NCBI GenBank assembly: GCA_965287045.1
Contig: OZ336892.1
Location: 6,696,001 to 6,760,000 of the forward strand
DNA from: Carcharhinus amblyrhynchos
Lineage: Eukaryota
Length of the DNA stretch: 64,000 nucleotides
Direction of reading: 5' to 3'
In this document: piece after piece, positions 15,670-32,200 of the stretch
Numbering within the stretch: the stretch's first letter is position 1
Layout of the letters: every line of letters starts with the position of its first letter
Notes under the pieces: generated by a model
Told to the model about the DNA's origin: nothing
Seen by the model: only the letters and a program-made list of their open reading frames with translations
Database searches by the model: none
Translations under genes and position numbers: made by a program

Positions 15670-15960
15670 GTCATCTTTACAGTGTGGTAAAATTTTAGTT
15701 GAAGGGTCTGTTGTTACAAGGAGACAAATTAAAAGTGAGGGGGGGATAATTGGAGGAAAACCTCTACCCAGAAGAGAGTGATGGTCTGGAATGCACTGCC
15801 TGGGAGGGTGGAAGAGGCAGGATGCCTCAAAAGTACCTGGATGAGTACTTACACACCATAACATTCAAGGTGATGGGCCAAGTGGGCAGGTCAGAGCATT
15901 TCATGTGTTGCTGCAGACTCAGTGGGCTGAAGGGCTCTTCTGCACTCTAGTATTGTGAAA
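15670..15960 (+). mobile_element. CR1 3' end
   Basis: tctggaatgcactgcctgggagggtgg; gggctgaagggctcttctgcact. Confidence 0.65.
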
Positions 15961-16238
15961 TTCCCACTGAATAATAGTGGTTAGCTCAAATAGTTGCACA
16001 CATCCTCAAGGCCAGAGTACAAATTTATAGACATTCCTTGTACAGGGACGTAGCTATATTGGTTACTTTCAAGAGGACCATTTAACTATCCCATTTGCAC
16101 CACAAGAATCATCCCTATGAAATGTTCCAAAAACAATGTTTTTTTTTAAAAAAGGTAAACTGCTGTTGAGTTCTTGCTATGCTCAAAATGGCTGCAACAT
16201 TGGCTGATACCTGTTCTTCACAAGCCCTAAACTGGCTA

Positions 16239-16637
<399 letters not shown>

Positions 16638-17129
16638 TCATACAAAAGCCTCACAAATAGGAATCAGTAGTGTAGTGTAAAGGCTTAGGACAAACCCTCA
16701 AAAACAAAGTGGTGGTAGAGGCAGGAACAGTCATGTGAATTCTCTACACTAGGGAGCAGTGAAGACTGGGTCACTGAATATACTTCAAGGTAAAAAGTTC
16801 TATTTACAAGGGTTTATAGGAAGACAGGAAAATAGAATTCAAGACACTCAGATCACCCATGTTGAATGGCAGTACAGAGACAACAATTGGTCTCCTGCTC
16901 ATTTAATCCTCAGATGTCTAAACTAAAAATTTAGACTAGAATCAGATGGACTGCCAGGGATGGTGTTTGACTGAAGTTGGACCAGTCTGGCACATTTGCT
17001 AAATTTCAAAGGGATTGAGGGGCAGAGTGAGAAATCAGAAATCAAACTAGGTTTGTCCCAATTACCCAAGTCCTTCAGTGGCCCAGTTTGGAAAGTCTGT
17101 CACTGGTACTTACCATTTCACAACTGTTA

Positions 17130-17354
<225 letters not shown>

Positions 17355-17434
17355 CTATCAAAGTAAAAGATCATTGTTAGTTGTAAATGGATGCATATTA
17401 GGACTGAATAATTTGAGAATGATCATTTAGAAAC

Positions 17435-17692
17435 AGTAGTGCCAGGGATCTGGGTTTGGGTCTGGCCTTGGGTGACTACTTTACATGTTCTCCATGTCTG
17501 TGGGTTTCTTCCAGGTGCTCTGGTGGTTTCCTCCTACAGTCCAAAAGATGTTTGGTGGCGGTGGAGAAATTGGGCATGGTAAACTGCCTCTTAGTCTCAA
17601 AAAGGAGATTAAGAGTTAATGGATTAGGATTGTGGTTGGTATAAGCTTGATGTATCAAAATGGCCTCCTTCTGCACTATAGGGATTCTATGA
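17435..17692 (+). mobile_element. V-type SINE
   Basis: tgtctgtgggtttcttccaggtgctc..ggtttcctcctacagtccaaa ... ctgcactatagggattctatga. Confidence 0.75.
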
Positions 17693-17964
17693 TGCTCAAA
17701 GCCTGTTACATGAATTAATGCAAAATCATTTATCCTTCCCCATTCTGGCTTGCAACTCCAGACCCCATAACAAGGCTCAACTATCCTCTGCAATGGCCTA
17801 AGCTACACAAGGGCAGCTAAGAATGGGCAGATGCTGGCCTTGCCAGCAATGCCTACATAAAAACCAAGTTCAGCTTGTGGACATGGAAAATTACTGCCAC
17901 ACCACCCCCCCAGAAATGTAACAAACCACCCGCCCAAGACAGAACCAAAACATTTCCAGTTCTA

Positions 17965-18105
<141 letters not shown>

Positions 18106-21100
18106 CTATGAAAACAATGGTTTAAAAAAAAGTGCGTCAGTCTTGTGCATGCAGTGTATTTGAACGGATGTATAAACAGACTTCCTACAACTGCTCTGAA
18201 TCTCCCTTTGACAGAACCAAGTGCAATATACATTCTCATAATGACAAATGCTACCACTTGGTGTTTGGTCAAATGCACAGCCTTGATTGAATTTTAAATA
18301 TTTTGATCTGACTTGCCAATTAAGTCAAAACTACAGCAAAAGTAGCCATGTCTTTAGATGCATCCACAAGTGGTTTATTCAGGTATGGAATCTAGAAGAT
18401 ACTGATGTAGATCAGTACTTGATCTTTCACATAACCTACCAGCCTTTAAAACTACAAACTCTTTAAAATCTACATTTCATGATTGCGATGATAGTTCATA
18501 TGTTGAAAGATCCAAAAAAGAACTAGTCACTAATCTCTTGCTGTGTGCACGTACAGAAATGACTCAAATTGCTGAGTGCAAACACTTTGGGCTGCACCAA
18601 GGCTCAAACCGAATGGATTGAGCTTTAGTTTATACACCAAAACTGGGTTGAATTTTAGTTTACATTCCTTTCAAGCATGAGCACACAGTTTGAGCAAAGA
18701 ATGGGAAAAACAAGCTATGTGCCTGGGAGCAAGAACTACAAAACACTTCTAGTCTACTCAGCTGCCAAAATAGGTTGAATATCAAACAATGCTTAAATCT
18801 TCAATATCAATGCAACATGGCATATGTATTGCTTTGATTCATTAAGGGCCATCTCAACACAAATTGGATTCTATTGAAACTTGGGATTAACCACCCTGGA
18901 ATGTGGGACTTGAATACTAATCTTCATTCCCAAGATGTTGAGATCTAGTGAAAACTTCATACCAGTTATTGGTTGAACACAACAACAAAGGTTAAAAACC
19001 CTACATCTACGACAGTAGTGATGGTTTTGAAGCTAGCAGTTACTGCAGGAATAGCACTCTGGGATTGGGAAGCAGACAGTGCTCTGATTTATACCAGCTT
19101 TAATCCACAGTTTCAGCTCATTAAGCAAAAATTTACTCTCTTGAACAGATGGACTCCAATAAATTCCACAATTTCTTCTTCAAAGCCTAGCAGCATTATT
19201 GCTGACACTTGCAACAGTGGGATAATGCTGGGGTCAGAATAGACCAAAGTGAGCTTTCACAACTTCAGCAGTTTTGCCCTACTCCCATTGTGAAACTAAG
19301 AGACCAACATCTGTACCTAAAACAAGGCCATACTGAAAGCAACAGTGTTCAAATTCCACTGCATCACATCCTGCTTTTAGGTAAAAAATGAACAAGTAAC
19401 TTACTCCTGTAGTTCAACACCACCACACAATGGCCCAACCAAGTCATAAGGACATGTGCACTGGTATCCAGTGAGCTGCATAATCTGCAATGGTTTGAGG
19501 CCTACCACCCATGGGGCTACTACTGAAAAGAACAGCTGTCTGCATTCCCCACAATTAATGAGTTGCAGACTACCTTCCAAATTCATAGTTTAGCTTTTGC
19601 TAATGCCAAATGGAGATATCCATGTTAATTCAAGACTAGAGCAATTAAGTGGCCAACTCCCAACTTACTGCCACTTGTGATTGAAAGCTATGCAGATGTA
19701 GCTACATCTGCCACACTAGTCTTGTCTTAGCCTTTTGGCACAAGTACCCACCAAGAAAACTACCAAATCTTTAGTTCATGATTTGGCATGAAGCCAGATC
19801 AGTTCTAAAATCATTGTACTTGCACTCAGCTAGGAGCAAGGTAAAAGCAATTCTAACTACATCTCTCCACCTTGATATGCAATGACACTAATTTACATCA
19901 AAAACAGCAAGAATTTCCTTAATGTGAACCAAGCCACCATCCATCTGTTAGTATGGGAGTTCACAAGTCCAGAGCAAGATGAAAATCCTCTTCAACAGGC
20001 CCTAGCAAATAGTTACATTTCTATTTCGATCTTCACTTAAAGCAGACCAAACAACTTTAGAATGCACTTTACAATAGTGGCTTTCCTTGAAGTTGGGCTG
20101 ATGTCAGCCACATTTCCACAAGTTTTAGATTATATTCTGAGAAGTTACTACAAAATCAAAACAGCAAGATCATTTTAAGCTGGCTTTACAAATGATATTC
20201 TGCCAATGTCTTGCCATATCCAAGAGCACTGTCCTGCACAAATAGGATAGGATATAGTCTTATGGAAATAAGGGGGAGGGGGGAGGAAAGGCCTGCGCTG
20301 CAAACATTTACCTGGTACATGTCCTGCTCATTCCAGATAAGGAACAGCACAAAAAATAATAGCTTCCATCAACAGCTGGTCACTCAGTTCAACATTATAC
20401 AAACCAATAAGCAGTTGAACAAGTTTAACATGGTCATTTAATGCACAGCTGACAGATTAATTCAGCAAAACAGATTTAACCCATTTTATATTTTTGTAGA
20501 AGCTTTATGGATCTTCAGTTGAGAAAGCAGCTAGGATTTGGTTTTGTTTAAAGCCTATTTGCTGTTACTTATTACTTGGCACCCTGCAACTGCTTTCTTA
20601 AAGTCAGTCCAATAACTGACATTAGACCATTATATTGCTAACATTATACTTCCAGTTTAGAGCAGCTAATTGAGACCAGCTTTGCTTTTCAATCATTTAT
20701 CGCATCCCAGTTAAAAAGCTGCTTGCAGTCAAGCCTTTGTTTTTCACATGACAAATTGCATATTGCAATTACAAGACAGTGAATTGTGTGGGGATTAACA
20801 GGTTTAGAAGCAGATATCCAGCTTAGTTATGGCCTTCACAAATTTGAGAATGTTCAAAGTTTGGACAGGCACCAAGTGCTCATTTAAGATGGAATGTGAT
20901 GGAGTTTAGAACAAGATATTACCATGTCCAATTACAGTATTGATGCCCTGTATTGCCCACACAACTGCCAGGAATAATCAGAAAGCAATAATTACACATT
21001 TACATATATAGCTAATGATAGTAAAAATGCAGTTTTCATGGCAAGAGCACAAGACAGCTTCCTTAAAAAAGTCACAGGAAAACTGATTGTCAGCTATTAA

Positions 21101-21161
21101 TTAGTTTTGTATTTCTACCCAGACAGCTTAAAACTCTGCATTACTTAAATATTTTAAATTA

Positions 21162-21389
<228 letters not shown>

Positions 21390-21814
21390 TTACAAACAAA
21401 GCAAAGTTGTTGTCACAGGGATAAAATGAGAATGTTTGGGTGAAGGTAGCCAGCAACATTCCTGGGTAAAGTCATGGAAAACCAATACCCCAATTATCTC
21501 ATAGCCCTGCCTCATGAATTGCTACTGAAACAGCCTGACTAATTTCAAACATCATGCCAATCTCCATCCATTTAGTCAGGCTTCCAAAAATCAAAGATGG
21601 CAACAAAAGGAACAAATCATGGCTCTTGGGACAACTAGCACTTGCTGCACCATTTAATGCAGTCCTCACTTTCAGCTCCCAATGAAAAATTGGGATGGGC
21701 ACTTGTGCCAAAAATGACAAATACATCTGTATACTGATGCTCACATGAATTTAAGGATTTTTGTTGAATAGTGTGGCAGCTATTCAATCAAGCATACTAC
21801 CATTTAGAAAATTG

Positions 21815-23050
21815 TTTGATTGAGCAGACGCAGCATGGATTTGTTAAGGGGAAGTCATGTTTGACAAATTTATTGGATTTCTATGATGTGACTCGTGCAG
21901 TAGACAGGAGGGGAACCGGTGGATGTGGTGTTTTTAGATTTCCAAAAAGGTGTTTGATAAAGGTGCCTCAAAGGTTGATACAGAAGGTTAGGGTGCACAG
22001 AGTTGTGGATAAGGTGTTAGCATGGATAGAGGATTGGTCGTCTAAAGAGGAAGCAGAGAGTTGGTATCAATGGGTGCTATTCTGGTTGGCAACTAGTGGA
22101 GTGCTGCAGGATTAGTGCTGGGGCCTCAACTATTTACCATTTATATAGATGATCTGGAGGAGGGGGCTGAGTGTAGGGTGACAAAATTTGCTGATGACAA
22201 GAGGAGTGGAAAAACAAATTGCATGAAAAGGTGTGGAAAGTCTTCAGAGATCTGGATAGGCTGAGCGAGTGGGTGAAGACCTGGCAGATGGAATATAAAT
22301 GTTGCAAGTGAGGTTATCCACTTTGGCAAATAGGAGGGATTATTATTTAAAAGGCAAAAAGCTGCAGCATGCTATGGTGCAGAGGGACCTGGGGGTCCTT
22401 GTGCACGAGTCACAAAAAACCCAGTCAGCAGGTGATTAAGGAGGCAAATGGAATGTTGGCCTTTATAGCAAGGGGGATAGAATATATAGAAGTAGGAGAT
22501 CTTGCTGCAACTGTACAGGGTACTGGTGAGGCTGCAGCTGGAGTACTGTGCAGTTTTGGTTGCTGTACTTGTGCAAGGATATATTGGCCTTGGAGGGAGT
22601 GCAGAGGAGGTTCACTAGGCTGATACTGGAGATGAGGGGGTGGGCCTGTCCTCTAAGATCCCCCTCATCCTTCTAAACTGAGACATACAAGATGAAGGGG
22701 ATAGACAGGGTTGAGGTAGAGAGAGATTCTTCCCACTTAGAAAGGATAGCAGGACTAGAGGACACAGCCTCAAAAGATAAGGGAGGGCAGTTTAGATCAG
22801 AGTTGAGGAGGAACTTCTTCACTCAAAGGGTGGTGAATCTCTGGAATTTCTCTGTCCATTGAAGTGGTGGAGGCTACCTAGCTAAATATATTTAAGTCAC
22901 AGGTAGATAGGTTTCTGATAGACAGGGGAATTGAGAGTTATGGGAAGAAAGTGGACTTGATCCACTTCAGATCAGCCACGATCTTATTGAATGGCGGGGT
23001 GGGCTCAAAGGGCTAGATGGCCTACTCCTGCTCCTATTTCTATGTTCTTA
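21815..23050 (+). mobile_element. 5'-truncated CR1 LINE (RT domain to 3' tail)
   Basis: QHGFVKGKSCLTNLL, SVLGPQLFTIYIDDL and KFADD motifs; ends atggcctactcctgctcctatttctatgttctta. Confidence 0.9.
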
Positions 23051-23663
23051 CTAGTTCAAACTTGTAACAGACCCAAAAGACAATTCAAAGAGTGAGGGGA
23101 ACTGGTAGATTTGAGCTGCTTTCTCTTGAAAGCATTGGTGAGAAGAGGTAGGGGAGGACAGACGGGTAGATCAGGAAGGCACAGTATGAGAGCTTGGAGA
23201 TTTCAAATAGAAAAAGGCAACCAAAGCACAGCAGTTTATAAAAGGGTAAGGATTTAGAATTTAAACCACCTAGGTCAGTAAGGACAGAATGACAATGATG
23301 AGTTGTGGAAATTTCTTACTGGGACATAGGATAGAAAGAACCTTTGAATAGTCTGCAGTACACCATTATGTACTTGGAAAACAAGCAAGGTGCTTTATAC
23401 AAAGATAGGTGAGCCTGTTTGTTGCCATACCAACATTTACAAAACTTTGATGAGTCTCTTGTCCAATTACTTCAAAAGGATTGGAAAAAACAAGTACACT
23501 TTATGCTGTTTCAACATGCACAAAATACTAAACTGCACAAATGATCCTGCACAAAAATTTGTGATAGACAGGATGCGGCATCACCCATTCTTAGCTGGTT
23601 ATGGATTATTTATAACAAAAACCCTTCCAGTTGAATTTCCAGGAAGTGGAGCCAAACCTCTTA

Positions 23664-23864
<201 letters not shown>

Positions 23865-23943
23865 TTACAATGGCAAAATGATTTTAGAATGTCAAAGCTA
23901 AAATAGTTTAAGTGACACAAGTTACATTACCAAATAGATTCTA

Positions 23944-24117
<174 letters not shown>

Positions 24118-24723
24118 CTAAAAACCAAAATCGATTTACATTAATGTACCAGCTTAAGAGAAATAAAAGCTATATTGACAAGTTGTTTTGCATCAGTATA
24201 AATGCTTACTTCAGGTGAAAATAAGCATTTCTACATTAAAACAGTACATATCAGCACAAATAGCCAGGGAAATCTAATGAATATATTGAATGCAAATGAT
24301 ATTGCCAATTACCAGCTAACTAATGGCATGTGTCTGACAAGGTTGTATAATACAAATGGCTGATATGTACACCATTCATGCAACCACTAGAGGGCTTGAA
24401 GTGACAACCACAAGTTGCATTGTAGTGGTACCAGCTGCAGAAAAACCATGAAGCAGCAGCCAGTTTGAGTCAAGAACAAGTTTAAAAATAAAAGCACCTT
24501 AAAATTCTCTACAAATTCAAAAGGGTGATACTGAGCAAATATCTTCAACTGAAAGGAGATCTATATAGTGATAGCATGAGAAATTTGTACAGATGAAAAA
24601 CAGGTTTAGCTTAAATGGCTTGTGCTGTATCTGTTTAGATGAATAGCCAGTATTGGTGTTTCGCTTTGAACACCCCTTTCAGTTAACCCCAACAGCATGT
24701 CACATTTTACACAACTTCCACTG

Positions 24724-24995
24724 GCAGTGGTTAGCACTGCTGCCTCAGTGCCAGAGGCCCAAGTTCAATTCCAGCCATGGGTGAGTGAGGAGTTTGCATG
24801 GGTTTCCTTCAGGTGCTCCAGTTTTTCCCAGTCCAAAGATATGGGGGTTAGGTTGATTGGCCATGCTAAATAGACCTTTACTGTCAGGGCATTAGCAGGG
24901 CAAGTATCTTAAGGGGATGGGCCTGGGTGGGATTGTGGTCAGTGCAGATTTGATGGGCCAAAAGGCCTCCTTCTGCACTGTGGGGATTGTATGAA
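24724..24995 (+). mobile_element. V-type SINE
   Basis: cagtggttagcactgctgcctca ... gattggccatgctaaat ... ccttctgcactgtggggatt. Confidence 0.8.
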
Positions 24996-25059
24996 GTACC
25001 ACATTGTGGCAAGAAAATTGACTGGCTCAGACCTCATGTTTCCCATGCTGTGTTGTTCT

Positions 25060-25660
25060 TTGTCCTTTAAATGGCAGGCCTATTAAGAGTATAGAAAAGT
25101 ACACAAGTCCTTGAAGGTGGCAGTACAGGTGGAGAAGGTGAAGGCAGCCGATGGTATGCTTGCCTTTTAGGGTGGGGTATAGAATATAAAGCTGGCATCT
25201 GATGTTGCTGTTGTACAGATTGTTTGCCTGCATTTGGAGTACTGTGTCCAGTTCTGGTTGCCTTACTACCAGGACGTGGAGACCCTGGAGTGCAGAGGAC
25301 GTTTACCAGGATGTTGCCTGGTATAGAAGGCCTGAGCTAAGAAGAAAGATTGAGCAAACTGGGGCTGTTCTCTTACAAAGGTGGAGGATGAGGGGAGACC
25401 TTAGGAGGTATAAGATTGAAGGGTCTAGATAAAGAGAACAGTGGTAAGCTTTTTCCTAGGTTGGATACAATAATTACAAGGGGCCCCACGGGCTTAGGGT
25501 GAGGTATAACTCCTTTGATAGAGGGAGGTTTTTCCTCCACACAGGGTGGCGGGGGCCTGGAATGCACTGCCAAGTAGGTGGTGGAGGCAGACACGCTGGG
25601 GTTGTTTAAGGCTTACTTTAGGCACAAGAGACTAGAGATGGAGGGATACAGGAGACTTTT
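25060..25660 (+). mobile_element. CR1 3' fragment
   Basis: ggagtactgtgtccagttctgg, gtgcagagga..tttaccaggatg and cctggaatgcactgcc motifs. Confidence 0.8.
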
Positions 25661-25954
25661 CTAAATAAAGATCAAGAGCTTTGGGACATCCCTGGGAATC
25701 AATTGATTCCTATGGACCTTCCAAAATATTTCATAGCTCACTTGCTTTGTGCTTCTGGGGATTCTGTAAATGTCTAAGTTTTGCATGTTTATTGATGTCT
25801 TTTTACTTATTAGGTGATTTGGTCCACTTTGTTGGCCAAGGGGCAAACACAGTGGGTCGTGCGATGGCTGCTCTTGGATGTGGCTTTGAAAGTTGCTTAG
25901 TGCTTCATGTCATTAGTGTACACTTAAACTGGACCATCTGACAAGCAACATGAC

Positions 25955-26245
25955 AGCTCAGGTGATTATCACTTTGCTGTGCAGATACCTGGCTTTGGGC
26001 TGGTGTCTGTGGGGGTTTGCACACATTCTCCCTGTGATTGTGTGGGTTTGCTCTGGCTTCCTCTCACATCCCAAAAATGTGCTCTTAGGCTGATTAGGGG
26101 CAATTTGTTACACCAAATTAGCCTTCCCTCAAATCTTCCCCAGTAGGTGTAGACAAAGGTCATGGGTAGAGGAGGGCACTCAAATGTTAAAATGGCAGTG
26201 AGTGTGTTGGGCTAAAGGGCCTGTTTCCCATGCTGTGTTGTTCTT
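25955..26245 (+). mobile_element. V-type SINE variant with CR1-like tail
   Basis: gtctgtgggggtttgcacacattctccctgtg..tgtgtgggttt; gggctaaagggcctgtttcc. Confidence 0.65.
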
Positions 26246-26403
26246 TAAAGTTATACAGCCCTTCAGACCAGATATCACATACAATTAAATCCATTCAGCT
26301 GGATCACTAGATAAAAAGGACAAGGATATTGCCAACAGGACAAGTGCAACTTTCAATTCTACCACTCCCACCCAGAGGGTTAAAAACAGTTCTCCACAAC
26401 CTA

Positions 26404-26826
<423 letters not shown>

Positions 26827-27467
26827 TCATAAGATGGGTAGACCCATCCTTCATCCACATTCAGTTCTATTAAACCAAAAGCTGTATTTTCCCCCCTTTC
26901 AGCATGTACCAAATTTCCCTTTTGAATGTTACCAATTAATTGGCTTCCAACACCCTTCAAAGCACTACATTTCAGATAACTCAAATACTGCAAAAGTAGT
27001 GCCTTAAAAAAAAGGGCAAGTGTACATTTTGTAAGGGTTCAAACAATCCAGAGCTAGTTCCACCACTTTTTCTGGTATGAGCACCAATTGTGCCCCCCCA
27101 CTTCCAATACTTGGCATCCAATTCAGAATAGGAGGAACTTTCAGGCTCAGAGTCCACTTCTATTGGATTAATTTGTGGCATGGTCCCCTTATGTTAATTG
27201 GAAATTTGATACTTAGTTTCCTTAGTGTATTAAAATAATTCAAGGTCCTCTTGTGAGCAAGTCACATTAGTGAGCACTGCAGAATGATCAAAGTTCAGTC
27301 CATTAATTCAGGTTAACATTAAAATATATATAGTGTTAAACATTCAAGTAATTTTAGACATTGAGATCAAAAGACATGGAAAGACATTCTTGCAATATAA
27401 CAAGGTTAACTGAAGTACAAGGGTTCTTTTCTGCATTGACTCACTTTCAAAGAGAAAATTCCCTTAC

Positions 27468-27590
27468 CTGGGTGATATCTGCAAGAGGTTCTTCATCCTG
27501 AACCAACATCTGAGCAAACTGAAGTCCTTGATCAGGACCAACTCTCATTACGTTCCTCAGCAGAAAGATCCAGTCTGGCGAGTAACCAAC
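27468..27590 (-). CDS. CLTC: CLTC exon 10, 123 nt (VGYSPDW...ADITQ)
   Basis: AG acceptor, GTAAGG donor. Confidence 0.95.
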
Positions 27591-27919
27591 CTGAACAAGG
27601 ATGGGCCACAGTTGAGCAATAAACAAATACACACCTACAACAGTCAACTATCTAGCTACGTCAATTCCAAACCTACAGCTTTAAATGGATTCTTGAGAAA
27701 AAGGCAGAACTTCTGCATCAAATCTTAAACACATTTTAGATGTGGCTTAACTTTGATAAGAGCCACTTTTTGCAGCTGATCCCAATACAAATCTAAAATT
27801 CTACATTTTGATAAAGGTTGCTGAGACTCAGACTCACTAAAGCTTTAGATTAAAGGCAAACAGACACACACAGCAATGTCATTTTCAGTTTGCAATCAAG
27901 GCATTGCAAGAATCAATGC

Positions 27920-28650
27920 TTGGGCATCAGTCAAGTGCAATACAATCTATAATTAATGACTTGGATGAGGGAAACAGTGTGATGTATCCAAGTTTAGTTT
28001 GTGGACAAAAATGAAGTGGGAAAGTGGCAAGCAGGACACGAGGCAGAAAAATTGTAATATTTGAGCATGAACATGGCAGACGGTATAGAAGAATTCAGAA
28101 ACTGAAATTATCCACTAATAGAAAAACTTTTTTTTTTAAAAGGGCACTAGTAAATGCAGACAGGCAGAGGAATGGGAGGACTCTTGCACATGAAATCAAA
28201 CATGAAAATGCAATAAGAAAATCAAATTGTCCATCACTGTCAGGGGCTGAGTACAAAAAGCACAAGTTTTAACCCCACAAAAGCACCATATAGTTTAGCT
28301 CAAGTAATGAGGAGCACAGATTCACTGGATTAATCCCCAAATTATGACTACCTTACTGTACTAACAAGGACATCATGGGAAACAAATCTGTAGTTTTAAA
28401 GTAGATTGCACTGGCCAAAACATTAACTAGCAGTCTCAGAACAAGAGATTCATTGGAAACTGAGCTGAAATTTAAGGGTTGTGAAATTTTCTACCCAGAA
28501 GGGATGCAGATGCTCAGGTCATCAACCCTCAAACTAAGTAGATTTACCATCAAGGGCTTTGGGACTAGGATGGGAAAAGAGATAGATAGGCCAGCCATTC
28601 TTTAATGGAAGCTGACTGGTAGGGCTTTGTGGCCCATTCCTGCCTGTGTC
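27920..28650 (+). mobile_element. Highly decayed CR1 fragment
   Basis: attaatgacttggatgaggg, tatccaagttt and a 3' ggcccattcctgc-like tail. Confidence 0.6.
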
Positions 28651-28875
28651 CCAGGAGCAGTGAAGGATTATGCACAGCTCTGAAAATTAGTTTTAGGTTG
28701 AAGGCAGTTAGGACTTGGAGTTGGAGTTGGAGTTGAAGGACCTTCCAACTAGTTCAACAGTACTCCCAGAAAGAACAGAACTGAATGAATAAAGGAGATT
28801 GGTCAAATCCTTAGAAGGAAAAGCAGATTTAATAAAGTCTAAAATTGTCTCCTGTCCAAGCTGAACAAATAGTTA

Positions 28876-29046
<171 letters not shown>

Positions 29047-30004
29047 CTACAAGAACAAAAACAGACCCATTAGATCACAAACTACTAAAAAGTTCAGCTT
29101 ACTAGTGCATGACCACTTATAAAATCAGGAGAACATTCTTACCCAACTGTGACACAGGCATGTGAAAATAAGGGGGAATTGTTACATGGAGCCACAGCTC
29201 TGGAGTTGATTTACAAACCAACTACAATTTAAAATTGAGTACTAATTCTTGGCAAGTTTAATTCTGCTAAAACCTCTGATTCAGCATTTTTCCTATCATT
29301 AGGCAAAAAAGTTGAATGTTATTAGGTCTGATACAATGTGCTAGCTACAAAAATTAATGGCCTACACAATTTAGATTCAGTAAATATGGTTGACTAATAC
29401 TAGGACAGTAGGAAGTCAGTTAGTTCACACTTGAGGCAAGACATCAAGTTTGAACAAAGAGGCAGGTATAATAGAAAATTGCAATCATTTCAGGAACAAT
29501 GAATTAATATTTCCACTCATTTGGAAAAATCTACTCAACTTTAAATGGAAGTAGTCAAATCAGGATTGTGCCACTTAGGAACAGTAAGATTATGGTGGTC
29601 CTACACTTCATAGAGGCTACATGGCAGATAAAGCAAGCTTGGCAAGGTGTTGCCATGCATCACCTGTGCATGCTGCATCCATCTGTTGGTGGAGAGGGTG
29701 ATTAGTCCAGTTAATCAAGTAACCTATTTGGTCCTAGGTTAACTTGCATTAAAACTCCATTCAGAAGCACAACAACATTCCAGCCTTGTAGATGGAGGCT
29801 CTAAAGTGCCAAGTTATGAATTACATAGTTCAAGGTAGTAGCTTTCAGAGCAACACAGCCCATCAGCTATTTAACAATGTCATTAACCAACAGAAGCTTC
29901 TAGTGAAGAGCAGATCTGGGCAGCCTTCCAACTTTACTGTAAAAAAAAAAAAGGCAACTTGAAAGAATTGGATACCTGGAATTCATGCTACCAGCATGCT
30001 GCAG

Positions 30005-30255
30005 GGAGAGGATGGCACTGTCACTGGCTTAAACTCTGCCACAGTAAATGGTGAATTAAAAGCTCATGATTGTTGACTGACATTAAAATCTATCTAGTTC
30101 ACCAACATCCTTTAGGATAGGAAATATGCCACCCTTACCTGATCTGGCCTACGTTTGACTCCCCAAATTGCCCTCTGAAATGACCAGCAGGCTGCTCAAT
30201 ACAAGGGTAGTTATGGGTGGGCAATAAATGCAGGCCCAGCCAGTGCCCAAATTGA
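30005..30255 (+). mobile_element. SINE with L2-like tail (further fragment at ~17730-17860)
   Basis: tctagttcaccaacatcctttagg.taggaaat.tgccacccttacctg.tctggcct ... gggcaataaatgc.ggcccagccag. Confidence 0.65.
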
Positions 30256-30382
30256 ATGCATGACACAGTAAAGCCTGTAGGACAAATTATTCTATGCTGA
30301 TCTTGGAAAGTGTAGCAAGCAAAGTAGTTGCATTAAATTTGAATAAGTGTACAAATAGTAGTCTGGGGGATGAATCCAATTA

Positions 30383-30625
<243 letters not shown>

Positions 30626-30973
30626 TTAAGTCAAAGCAAAGTAAACTGAATGAAGTCCACATATTGACATTATGGAAAACTACTGAACAAGACAATAGTC
30701 AAAAATGTCTAAACTTCATTATACCTGCCATTAAACAGATTTAGTTCTTACACATGATTGAAGCAGAGTCAAATCAGTACCACAAATGACTAAGGCTGCC
30801 ACTGAAGTGGTTCCAAACTACTTATGCATTAAACTGGAAATATCTTCTGCAATTGTCACATGAGAAAAATATGTACAAAGCTTCAATTTGTTAATGCACC
30901 TGTTGCATTTAACAAACCATGGATCCACTTTTTGGCAAAAGCAAACTATTTCATCTCAACTTAATTTTTGCTA

Positions 30974-31261
<288 letters not shown>

Positions 31262-31789
31262 TTAGTAAAACTTTAATGTTGAACTGATATGAAACTTGAG
31301 CTTTATGGGGGAACTACCAGTCCAATGCAATATTTTAACATTGCCAAAGCAATTTATTGAAATGCAGAGTTCTACAAATATCTATAGTGGCAAAATGACA
31401 AATCATTCTGGACAGCTTAGGCACTGGTGTCTTTTCACAACAGCATTGTACTGGTACAAGCAAGGTTGATGATACCTGGAGCAATGAAAGTTTGGATGTT
31501 TGATTTGTTCATGAGCCCTTGGGATTAAAACTTTAAAAACCTTGTTCACCGGCTTAGTGTTTCCTCAAATCACTTACTATGCCATCCCATTTCAAATTTT
31601 ACCTGTTCAATCACCCAAGTTATTCAATATTCACATTGAATGTGGTTTTTAAAAGCAAGGCCAACTGGATGGCAAATATTGATCTGGTTAATCCATCAAG
31701 ATATTCTGGATGTAATCAAATCCAGAAATTATGTTGCCTGCAGTGCTCAACTCAAAATACCCAGTATTCAATACAAGAATGAGAGGGTT

Positions 31790-32200
31790 TCTCAGGTGTT
31801 AGTGCCCAGTCAGGTCACCATAGTACAAAGTCCTTGAAGGGTGCAGAGGTGATTCACCAGGATGGCTGTGATCAGGCATTTGAGTTATAAAGCATTGGTC
31901 AAAGGGGCCATGGTTGTCTTCCTTGAAGACAAGGAGATTTGATACCAGATTGACAGGTTTGAATAAGCAAAAAATTCTTAGCTGAAGGGCTTGAGCCAAG
32001 AGGCAGAATTGTGGGAAAACAAAAAATGAAATTGCCTGGAGCTCATTGCCCATAGGGGTGGTGGAAACAGGACATAAGAACATAATAGGAGTAGGCCATC
32101 TAGCCCTTCGAGCCTGCCCCGCCATTCAATAAGATCATGGCTGATCTGGCACTTCAAAATAAGCTTTTAGGGAAATCTGGGACTGACTTGGGTTTGTCAT
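31790..32200 (+). mobile_element. Decayed CR1 3' fragment containing a short inverted young CR1 tail (32072-32148)
   Basis: gggtgcagaggtgattcaccaggatg; the insert is the reverse complement of 22968-23050. Confidence 0.7.

Noticed and set aside
21771-22115. 114-aa RT-like ORF as an active element or gene
   Set aside because: Frameshifted, truncated CR1 remnant
28715-28736. (TTGGAG)3 short tandem repeat
   Set aside because: Too short; neither telomeric TTAGGG nor CRISPR-like
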